A DNA stretch of 42,466 bases from the NCBI GenBank assembly GCA_050733275.1, contig JBOHSP010000161.1:1-42466 (forward strand), read 5' to 3'. The number at the start of each line of letters is the position of its first letter. Position 1 is the first letter of the stretch. The position numbers and the translations under genes are program-made. Source of the DNA: Gemmatimonadales bacterium. GTDB lineage: Bacteria > Gemmatimonadota > Gemmatimonadetes > Gemmatimonadales > GWC2-71-9. This document shows positions 32,260 through 40,061 of this stretch, in pieces. Under the pieces are notes generated by a model, which saw only the letters and a list, made by a program, of their open reading frames with translations, had not been told where the DNA came from and did no database searches.

Positions 32260-32807
32260 CACGGGACGTCGGGACGGCCGGCCTGCGCGTTGGCGGCGCG
32301 GGCCAGCACGAACAACAGGTCCGAGAGCCGGTTCAGATAGTGAATGATGGCGGGGTTGGTGTGCTGATCGCGCGCGAGACCCACGACGGCGCGCTCGGCG
32401 CGGCGGCACACGGTCCGCGCCAGGTGCAACGCCGCCGCCTTGGGCGTGCCGCCCGGCAGGATGAAGTTCTTGAGCGGCGGCACGTTCGCTTCATGGCGAT
32501 CGATCACGTTCTCGAGCGCGCCGACCTGCGCCGGGCCCACGGCGGGTCCGCTGCGCGCCAGCGCCTTCGCCAGCGCGGCCTGGTCCGGGGTCGCGAGCTC
32601 GGCGCCGATCGTGAACAGATCGCGCTGGATCGTCTGGAGGACCGCGGCCTCGAACGCCGCCGGCTCGAGCGCGAGCGCCAGCCCGATGGCCGCGTTCAGC
32701 TCGTCCACGGAGCCGTACGCTTCCACGCGGGGATCGTCCTTGGGGACGCGGCCGCCGCCGAACAGGCTGGTTTCGCCCGCGTCGCCGGTCTTCGTGTAGA
32801 TCCTCAC
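32256..32807 (-). CDS. ATP:cob(I)alamin adenosyltransferase, PduO type
   Basis: 183 aa. 'RIYTKTGDAGETSL' N-terminus, 'FILPGG', 'LHLARTVCRRAER'. GTG start with GGAGGG 4 nt upstream. Confidence 0.9.
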   Translation of the reverse strand: MRIYTKTGDAGETSLFGGGRVPKDDPRVEAYGSVDELNAAIGLALALEPAAFEAAVLQTIQRDLFTIGAELATPDQAALAKALARSGPAVGPAQVGALENVIDRHEANVPPLKNFILPGGTPKAAALHLARTVCRRAERAVVGLARDQHTNPAIIHYLNRLSDLLFVLARAANAQAGRPDVPW

Positions 32808-32866
32808 CAGGCCCTCCGCCTTGCAGGCGCTTGCTCCGGCCCCGCCGGTGCCGTTAGCGTTGGCCC

Positions 32867-33889
32867 GTGCAGGACACCAAAGATATCACCATCATCGGCG
32901 CGGGTCCGACCGGACTGTTCGCCGCGTTCTACGCCGGCATGCGCGGCGCGTCGCACTGCCTCATCGACAACCTCGACCAGGTCGGCGGCCAGCTCACCGC
33001 GCTCTACCCCGAGAAGTACATCTTCGACGTCGCCGGCTTCCCCAAGGTGCTCGCCAAAGACCTCGTCAAAGGCATGGCGGAGCAGGGGCTCCAGTGGAAG
33101 GCGCCCGTCTATCTCGGCCAGAAGGTCGTCGGGCTGCGCTGCGACGAGTCGAACGGCGCGCGGCTGTTCACGGTGGTGACTGAGCAGGACGAGTATCCGG
33201 GCCGCACCGTGCTCATCGCGGGCGGCATCGGCGCCTTCACGCCGCGCAAGCTGCCGCTCAAGGACGCGGACCGCTGGCTCGGCCGCGGGCTGTACGACCG
33301 GGTGCTCAATCCGCAGGAGTTCGCCGGCAAGCGCATCCTCATCGTGGGGGGCGGCGATTCCGCGTTCGACTGGGCGGTGAACCTCCAGGGCATCGCCCGG
33401 TCGATCGTGATGATCCACCGGCGCGACGGCTTCCGCGCGCATCATGCCACGGTCGCGCAGGTGCAGGCACTGGCGGCGGCCGGCCAGATGGAGCTGCGGA
33501 CGTTCTGGGAGCTGAAGGCGATCGGCGGCGGCGCTGGCATCGAGTCCGTCACCATCGTCAATAACAAGACAAAGGAAGAAGCCACGCTCCCGATGGACGC
33601 CGTGATCCCGCAGCTCGGCTTCATCTCCTCCCTCGGCGCCATCGCCGAGTGGGGGCTCGACATCGAGAAAGGCGAAATCCGGGTGTCGCAGACTATGGAG
33701 ACCAACATCCCCGGCATCTTCGCGGCCGGCGACATCGTGAGCTACGCGGGGAAGCTCAAGCTGATCGCGACCGGCGTGTCCGAGGCCTGCATCGCCGTGA
33801 ACCACGCCGTGCACTTCATCAATCCGTCGGCCAAGATCGAGCCGGGACACTCGTCGAATATGGCGTTGTTCGGCCAAACTCCCGACTGA
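32867..33889 (+). CDS. Ferredoxin-NADP(+) reductase, thioredoxin-reductase-like type
   Basis: 340 aa. 'ITIIGAGPTGLFAAFYAG', 'GGQLTALYPEKYIFDVAGFP', 'ILIVGGGDSAFDWA', 'IFAAGD'. GTG start. Confidence 0.85.
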   Translation: MQDTKDITIIGAGPTGLFAAFYAGMRGASHCLIDNLDQVGGQLTALYPEKYIFDVAGFPKVLAKDLVKGMAEQGLQWKAPVYLGQKVVGLRCDESNGARLFTVVTEQDEYPGRTVLIAGGIGAFTPRKLPLKDADRWLGRGLYDRVLNPQEFAGKRILIVGGGDSAFDWAVNLQGIARSIVMIHRRDGFRAHHATVAQVQALAAAGQMELRTFWELKAIGGGAGIESVTIVNNKTKEEATLPMDAVIPQLGFISSLGAIAEWGLDIEKGEIRVSQTMETNIPGIFAAGDIVSYAGKLKLIATGVSEACIAVNHAVHFINPSAKIEPGHSSNMALFGQTPD

Positions 33890-33894
33890 CGGCG

Positions 33895-33927
33895 CCCTTC
33901 GCCGCCCCTTCGCCGCCCCTCACCGCC
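33895..33927. repeat. 11-mer tandem repeat x3 in the 30-nt spacer between convergent genes
   Basis: cccttcgccgc (33895-33905), cccttcgccgc (33906-33916), ccctcaccgcc (33917-33927). The third unit contains the dacB stop codon. Confidence 0.8.
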
Positions 33928-35437
33928 CGAGTTGTACCACCACCGAGTCGATCTGCGCCAGAATCTCTCTCGTGCGCACGTTATGCGCATTGACCTCGAT
34001 CGCGAACGTGATGCGGCGTCCGTCGCGGCGCTCGAGGTATCCCGCTAGGGTGTTCACCCGGGAGATCGAGCCGGTCTTGGCGCGCACGCGCCCCTCGAGC
34101 GGCGTGCCGACGAAGCGCCGCAGCAGCGACCCACGCTGCCCGGAGCGCGGCAGGCCCTCCAAGAACGGCCCATTCTTGGGATGCCGCGCCATGTAATCGA
34201 GGAGCTTTACGAAGGCCCGCGGGGTGAAGAGGTTGCTCGCCGACAGACCCGACCCGTCGTCCAACACGAACGCCGTGGAGTCGATCTTCACCGAGTCGAT
34301 CAGGAAGCGCTTTTCGACCTCGAGCCCCTGCTCCCAACTCCCCGCTCCCCCGAACTCCCGTCCCAGAATCTTGAGCAGCATCTCGGCAAACCAGTTCTGG
34401 CTGCTGTTGAGAATCGGGAAGATGATGTCGGGCAGCGGCCGGCCGCGGTACTCGACGAGCGGGCTGGCACAGCAGCGCGGGCCGCGGTACTGCATCGAGT
34501 CGGTCGTGCTCGCGGCGCCGCCCTCGATCGCCACGCCGTTGCGGAGCAGCGCCGCGGCGAGCGCGCGCGCCGCGTAGAGATTGGGGTCGGGCAGCGCGAA
34601 GCTCTCGGTGCGCAGCGGGCGCCCCAGCGCGACGGTGCCTTCGGCCCAGATGTCCATGGTGCCGGGACGCCGGAAGAAATTGTTGCCGATCGTCGTGCCG
34701 GAATCGGCCGGCACAGTGCGCGCGCGGTTCTCGAACGTGAACATCGAGAGATCGGGCGTCCAGGTGATCACCGGCGGATGATCGACGACGGCGCCGGGCA
34801 GGATCTTGAAATCGACGCTGTTGTCGTGAAAGCCGAGACCCGACACGGGCGCCGCGTACCACCAGTTGAGGTCGAAGACGGACCAGTTCCAGTGGACGAG
34901 TTGCGGCTCGAAGTAGGAGCCGTCGCCCACCAGCCGGCCGGTCACGCGCCGGAGGCCGCGCGCCCGCAGCGACTCGGCGATCGCGTCCACCGCCGTCCAG
35001 GTGGAGTCGCACGCCCCCGCCGCGAGCGTGTCGACGCCGTAGCAGCGCTCGGACCACGTCGGGTCGCCCCGTCCGTACAGAATCAGGTCGCCCTCGAGCA
35101 CGCCGTCCGCGATCGAGCCGTTCGCGTACACGCTGGTGCGCACGTGATAGTCGGACGGCAGCAGCACCGTGGCCGCCGCCGCGACGACCAGCTTCGTATT
35201 GCTCGCCGGCACGGAAAACCGGTCGCCGTTGCGGTTGAACAGCACCCGGCCGCGGTCGTCCTGCACGAACACGTTCCAGGTGGCGCGGTGGAACGGCGGC
35301 TCATCGAGCAGCGCCGTGATGCGCTGCTGCAAATTGCCGCGCAGCGGTCTCGTGCGGGCGGGCGCCGCGGGCGTCTGGGCGAGCAGCGCCGCCGCGCAGG
35401 CGTTAATCGTAAGCGACGCGAGGATCGGCTTTCGCAT
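33920..35437 (-). CDS. dacB: D-alanyl-D-alanine carboxypeptidase/endopeptidase (PBP4, peptidase S13)
   Basis: 505 aa. Signal peptide. 'PASNTK' (S-x-x-K), 'DGSGLSASN', 'AKTGS' (KTG). Confidence 0.85.
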   Translation of the reverse strand: MRKPILASLTINACAAALLAQTPAAPARTRPLRGNLQQRITALLDEPPFHRATWNVFVQDDRGRVLFNRNGDRFSVPASNTKLVVAAAATVLLPSDYHVRTSVYANGSIADGVLEGDLILYGRGDPTWSERCYGVDTLAAGACDSTWTAVDAIAESLRARGLRRVTGRLVGDGSYFEPQLVHWNWSVFDLNWWYAAPVSGLGFHDNSVDFKILPGAVVDHPPVITWTPDLSMFTFENRARTVPADSGTTIGNNFFRRPGTMDIWAEGTVALGRPLRTESFALPDPNLYAARALAAALLRNGVAIEGGAASTTDSMQYRGPRCCASPLVEYRGRPLPDIIFPILNSSQNWFAEMLLKILGREFGGAGSWEQGLEVEKRFLIDSVKIDSTAFVLDDGSGLSASNLFTPRAFVKLLDYMARHPKNGPFLEGLPRSGQRGSLLRRFVGTPLEGRVRAKTGSISRVNTLAGYLERRDGRRITFAIEVNAHNVRTREILAQIDSVVVQLGR

Positions 35438-36329
35438 AGAGCACGTCGGTGATGAGGTTCACGAGTACGAACACGACCGAGAGAAAGAGGATGCTGCCCT
35501 GAATGGCCGGGAGGTCGCGCTTCTCGATCGCGAGCAGCACGTAGCGGCCCACGCCCGGCCAGGAAAAGATGGTCTCGGTGAGGATGCTGCCGGTGAGGTA
35601 GCTCCCCACGTCCAGGCCCAGCACCGTGATGATCGGCAGCAGGGCGTTGCGCAGCGCGTGGCGCCCGATCACCCGGCGCTCCGACACGCCCTTGGCGCGC
35701 GCCGTGCGCACGTAGTCCGTGGGGAGCACGTCGAGCATCGCTCCCCGGGTCATGCGCGCCAGAAACGCGATCGAGCGCATCCCCAGGGTGAGCGCGGGGA
35801 GCACCAGGAAGGCCAGCCCGCCGTAACCGGAGGGCGGCAGCCACGGCCACGTCACCGCGAACAGCAGGATCAAGATCAGGCCCACCCAGTACACGGGAAA
35901 CGAGATCCCGATGTAGGCGAGCAGCATGGCGCCGCGGTCGAACCATCCGCCGGGGCGCAGCGCCGCCAGCACGCCCAGGCCGATCCCGCAGCTCGCCGCG
36001 AGCAACATGGCCGCGCCCGCGAGCTGCAGTGTCTTGGGGAACCGCTCCAGCAGGTCGCCCAGCACGGGCCGCTGCGTGATGTAGGACCGCCCCAGGTCGC
36101 CCCGCACCACGCCCCAGACGTAATGGCCGAACTGCACGGGCAGCGGCGCGTCGAGCCGCAGCTCGGCGCGCAGCCGGGCGATCGTCGCCGAGTCGGCCCG
36201 CTCGCCCACCATCTCCTGCACGGGATCGCCGGGGACGACGTTCAGCAGCAGGAACGTGACCACCAGGACGCCGAACAGCGTGGGAATCGCCGCCAGCAGG
36301 CGCCGGCCGACCAGTCCCACGCCCGTCAC
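35403..36329 (-). CDS. ABC transporter permease (DppB/OppB-like)
   Basis: 308 aa from GTG 36329 (GTGA overlap with the binding-protein stop). 'IPTLFGVLVVTFLLLNVVPGDP', EAA-like 'YVRTARAKGVSERRVIGRHALRNALLP'. Confidence 0.8.
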   Translation of the reverse strand: MTGVGLVGRRLLAAIPTLFGVLVVTFLLLNVVPGDPVQEMVGERADSATIARLRAELRLDAPLPVQFGHYVWGVVRGDLGRSYITQRPVLGDLLERFPKTLQLAGAAMLLAASCGIGLGVLAALRPGGWFDRGAMLLAYIGISFPVYWVGLILILLFAVTWPWLPPSGYGGLAFLVLPALTLGMRSIAFLARMTRGAMLDVLPTDYVRTARAKGVSERRVIGRHALRNALLPIITVLGLDVGSYLTGSILTETIFSWPGVGRYVLLAIEKRDLPAIQGSILFLSVVFVLVNLITDVLYAKADPRVAYD

Positions 36330-37906
36330 GGCACGCGGCGCGCCGCCGTCCAGCGTTGGCCGTTGAACACGACGGGAATGTCCCAGCCCGTGACCGACGG
36401 ATGCCGGGCCCACAGGTCCACGGGGAACCAGAGGTACAGCCACGGCGCGGCGCGGTAGATGCGGTCGTCGATGCGGCGGTACAGCGCTTCGCGGGCGGAG
36501 TCGTCGACGGTGCGGCGCGCCAGCGTGATCAGGGAGTCCGTGACGCGGTCGCTGTAGAAGGAGACGTTGCCGCCGGGTCCGAAGCTCGCGCTGTGAAACA
36601 GCGGGAACAGGAAGTTGTCACCATCGGGGTAGTCGGCCCACCAGTCGAGCAGCGCCATGTCGGCCCGTCCGGCGCGGGCCGCTTCCCGCATGCTGGACGC
36701 GTCGCGCGACACCATCTCCACGCGGATGCCGACGGCGCCGAGCTGCGCCTGAATCGCCTGGGCCACGCGGCCCAGCGCCACGTTGGTGCCGGAGCGCCAC
36801 AGCTCGACGGTGAAGCCGTTCGCGAACCCCGCCTCGCGCAGCAGCCGGCGCGCCGCGGCGGTGTCGTAGGCGTAGCGGGCCCGCGTGGTATCAGCGCCGC
36901 CCAGCGCCGGGGGAATGGCGCCGCGCGCGAGAATGCCGCGGCCGTGCCAGACCGTGCGCAGGATTTCGGGGACCGCGACCGCGTGATTGATCGCGCGGCG
37001 CACGCGCGGATCGCGCAGCGCGCCGCGCCGGTTGTTGAGCGCGACGTAGACGACGCGCAGCGCCGGCTTGCGGATCAGCCAGGCCGCGTGCTCGCGCTCC
37101 CACCGCGCCGTCTCCCCGAACGGGATCTCGACCACCGAGAGGCGGCCCGCCAGGAACTCCGCCGCGCGTGTGAACGGCTCGGGGATGATGCGCACGGTGA
37201 GTGATTCGGCGGCGGGCGCGCCGCCCCAGTAGTCGGGATTGCGGGCGAAGCGCAGCCGGTCGTCATGTTCCCAGGCCACGAACCGCCACGCCCCGGTCCC
37301 GATGGGGCCCTGGCCGAAGCCGGGCGCGACCGGGGCCGGCACGATCGCGGCGACCGGCATCGCGAGGAACTTGGGGAAGACGGCCAGCGGCTCGGCGAGC
37401 GTGAACGCGACCGCCGTGTCGCCCATGACGTCGATGCCGGTGACGTCGTCCGCCTCGCCGGCGGCGTAGGCATCCGCCCCGGCGATGGGGAGCAGCGGCC
37501 ACACGCGGCCGCCGCGCGTCCCGGGGTCGAGCACGCGCAGAAACGAGCGGCGCACGTCGGCGGCGACGACGGACCGGCCGTCGTGGAAGCGCACCCCGGG
37601 CCGCAGGTGAAACACGTAGCGGTGGCCGTCGGGGGCGGCGGTCCAGCGATCGGCGAGGCCGGGCAGCAGGCGGCCGTCGGGATCGAATCGCGTCAAACCA
37701 TCGAACAGCAGTGTCACCATCTCGCCGGTCGGCACGTCGGTCGAGAGCGCGGGATCGAGCGAGCGGGGGTCGTAACTCTCGTAGTACGTGAGTGGGGCGG
37801 GGCCACCGCCGGTGCTGCCGTCGCCGCAGCCCAGCGGCAGGCAGAGGAACAGCGCCACCGTCGTGGTGTCGAAAAGGTTGACAGTGCGATGCAAGGCACG
37901 CAACAT
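36326..37906 (-). CDS. ABC transporter substrate-binding lipoprotein, family 5 (peptide/nickel type)
   Basis: 526 aa from ATG 37906 (TTG 37921 is an alternative). Lipobox 'LPLGCG'. 'LFDGLTRFDPDGRLLPGLADRWTAAPDGHRYVFHLRPGVRFHDG'. Confidence 0.8.
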   Translation of the reverse strand: MLRALHRTVNLFDTTTVALFLCLPLGCGDGSTGGGPAPLTYYESYDPRSLDPALSTDVPTGEMVTLLFDGLTRFDPDGRLLPGLADRWTAAPDGHRYVFHLRPGVRFHDGRSVVAADVRRSFLRVLDPGTRGGRVWPLLPIAGADAYAAGEADDVTGIDVMGDTAVAFTLAEPLAVFPKFLAMPVAAIVPAPVAPGFGQGPIGTGAWRFVAWEHDDRLRFARNPDYWGGAPAAESLTVRIIPEPFTRAAEFLAGRLSVVEIPFGETARWEREHAAWLIRKPALRVVYVALNNRRGALRDPRVRRAINHAVAVPEILRTVWHGRGILARGAIPPALGGADTTRARYAYDTAAARRLLREAGFANGFTVELWRSGTNVALGRVAQAIQAQLGAVGIRVEMVSRDASSMREAARAGRADMALLDWWADYPDGDNFLFPLFHSASFGPGGNVSFYSDRVTDSLITLARRTVDDSAREALYRRIDDRIYRAAPWLYLWFPVDLWARHPSVTGWDIPVVFNGQRWTAARRVP

Positions 37907-37931
37907 AGCCGGAATCGCCAAACCACGTCAA

Positions 37932-40061
37932 TTGCGCGTCATCGCCTTCGTCCTGCTCACCGCCTTGGCGGTGCCGGCCGCCGTGTCCGCTCAGGAGCAG
38001 GAGCGGGTGGTGCGGGACCTGTCGTTCGTGGGTAACCAGGCGCTCGACGACTACACGCTGGAGAGCGCGATCGCGACGACGGCGTCGGGCTGGTGGGCGC
38101 GCAATCCGCTGGTGCGCTGGCTCGGCCTCGGGGAGAAGCGCTACTTCGACGAGCTGGAATTCCGGCGGGACGTCTTCCGGCTGGGCCTGCTGTACCGGCA
38201 GAGCGGTTACATGAACGCCGTGGTGGACACGGTGGTGCGGCGCACGCCGCGCGACGTGTACATCAGGGTTCTCATTCACGAAGGCGAGCCCGTGCGCGTG
38301 GCCGAGCTCGAGATTCTCGGAGTCGAGGGCATCCTGTCGCCGGCCGCGTTGCGCCGCGCGCTCCCGCTCCAGGTAGGCGACCCGTTCGACCGCTTCCTGA
38401 TGCAGGCGTCGGTCGACACGATCCGGCAGCGGCTGCGCAACAGCGGCTATCCCTACGCCGCGGTGCTGCGCAACTTCGATTCGGAGGCGGAGTTGTTGCG
38501 CGCGGCGGTAATGCTCGAGGCGGTGCCTGGCCCGCGCATGCGCGTGGGCGACGTCCTGATCCACGGGCTCGAGGAGGTCGACACGGGGACGGTGCGGCGC
38601 GTGATGGCCATGCATCGGGGCGAGCTGTTTCGCCAGGAAGATCTCTATCAGACGCAGCGCGATCTCTACGCGATGGGGGTGTTCCGCTCGGCGACCGTGA
38701 CGTTGCTGGACTCCATGCCGCCGGAGGCGCCGGGAGACACGACGGTGCGCATCCGCATCGCGCTGCAGGAGGGCCCGCAGCACCGGGTGCGGTTCGGGGT
38801 CGGGTACGCGAGCGTGGAGTGCATTCGCGTCCAGAGCGGCTGGGCGGCGCACGATTTCCTCGGGGGCGCCCGCGTGCTGGAGATCTCGGGCCGCGTGTCC
38901 AAGCTGGGCGGCACCGCATCCGGCGGCAACGATCCGTTCGATCAGCTGTGCATTCCGTTCGCCGAGGCGTGGGAACGCGACAGCCTGAACTACACCGTGG
39001 GTCTGACGCTGCGCCAGCCGGCGTTCCTGTCGCGCTCCCACACGGCGGCGCTGTCGCTGTTCGCTGAACGGCGCTCGGAGTTCGATGTCTACACGCGTCA
39101 GGCCATCGGCGGCAACGTGAACGTCACGCTCAATGCGCGGGGGCCGGTGGCGGTCATCCTGGGCTACGGCTATTCGGTGGGGCACACCGACGCGCTGCCC
39201 GGCCAGTTCTGCACGACGTTCCGCGTGTGTGACTCCACCAGTCAGTCGATCCTGCGCGACACTGCGGCGTTCGGCGCGCTGGCCGTCACGCTGCTGCGCA
39301 ATCGCGTGAACAACGTGCTCGATCCGTCCGAAGGCAGCATCACGACGGCTACGCTGGTGCACGCGTCGCAGCTGGTCGGTTCCGATGCCCTGTACGAATT
39401 CAACCGCGGCGAGTTCGAGTACGCGCGCTACACCCCGATCGGGCGGCGCAGCGTGTTCGCCTGGCGCGTGCGGGCCGGCGCGATCCTCCCGGGTGACATC
39501 CGGCTCGGCGGCCAGCAGGTGAGCTACGTCCCGCCCGACCAACGCTTCTACGGAGGTGGCCCCAACTCCGTGCGCGGCTACGGCCGCAACGAGCTGGGCC
39601 CGCTGGTCTACATCGTCGAGGACACCACGAACATCGACCTCGACGCGACGGCGCGCGCCGGCGGGGAGAAGGTCTTCAACGAGGTGACCTCGGCGCCCAC
39701 CGGCGGGAACACGGCGATCATCCTCAACGCCGAGCTGCGGTTCCCCTCGCCGGTGTTCGCGCAGCGCATGCGGCTCGGGTTGTTCGTGGACGTCGGACAG
39801 GTGTGGGAGCGGCGCGAGGAGCTCGTCAGCCTCGGCGACTTCCGCGTGACACCGGGTTTGGGCGTGCGCTTCTCGACGCCGCTCGGTCCCGTGCGCATCG
39901 ACGCCGCGTACAACGGGTACCCCGACGAGCGCGGCCCGCTGCTGTTCCAGGATTCGGCCGACCAGATCACCCGCATCCGCGATGTCTACCCCCCGCTCGG
40001 CGCGCGCAAGACGTTCTGGGACCGGATCGTCTGGCAGTTCGCCGTGGGGCAGGCGTTCTGA
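37932..40061 (+). CDS. Omp85-family outer-membrane protein (TamA/BamA-like; POTRA domains plus beta-barrel)
   Basis: Signal '(M)RVIAFVLLTALAVPAAVSAQ', POTRA-like repeats, barrel ending 'FAVGQAF'. Start is uncertain. TTG 37932 follows TTGACA(37878)-17-CAACAT(37901). GTG 37884 would overlap the divergent gene's 5' end. Confidence 0.75.
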   Translation: MRVIAFVLLTALAVPAAVSAQEQERVVRDLSFVGNQALDDYTLESAIATTASGWWARNPLVRWLGLGEKRYFDELEFRRDVFRLGLLYRQSGYMNAVVDTVVRRTPRDVYIRVLIHEGEPVRVAELEILGVEGILSPAALRRALPLQVGDPFDRFLMQASVDTIRQRLRNSGYPYAAVLRNFDSEAELLRAAVMLEAVPGPRMRVGDVLIHGLEEVDTGTVRRVMAMHRGELFRQEDLYQTQRDLYAMGVFRSATVTLLDSMPPEAPGDTTVRIRIALQEGPQHRVRFGVGYASVECIRVQSGWAAHDFLGGARVLEISGRVSKLGGTASGGNDPFDQLCIPFAEAWERDSLNYTVGLTLRQPAFLSRSHTAALSLFAERRSEFDVYTRQAIGGNVNVTLNARGPVAVILGYGYSVGHTDALPGQFCTTFRVCDSTSQSILRDTAAFGALAVTLLRNRVNNVLDPSEGSITTATLVHASQLVGSDALYEFNRGEFEYARYTPIGRRSVFAWRVRAGAILPGDIRLGGQQVSYVPPDQRFYGGGPNSVRGYGRNELGPLVYIVEDTTNIDLDATARAGGEKVFNEVTSAPTGGNTAIILNAELRFPSPVFAQRMRLGLFVDVGQVWERREELVSLGDFRVTPGLGVRFSTPLGPVRIDAAYNGYPDERGPLLFQDSADQITRIRDVYPPLGARKTFWDRIVWQFAVGQAF

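Noticed and set aside
37884-40061. GTG 37884 as the start of the Omp85 gene
   Set aside because: It would overlap the 5' end of the divergent binding-protein gene. TTGACA ends immediately before it, and with a 17-nt spacer and CAACAT this looks like the promoter. A start downstream of that (TTG 37932) is more coherent. Uncertain.
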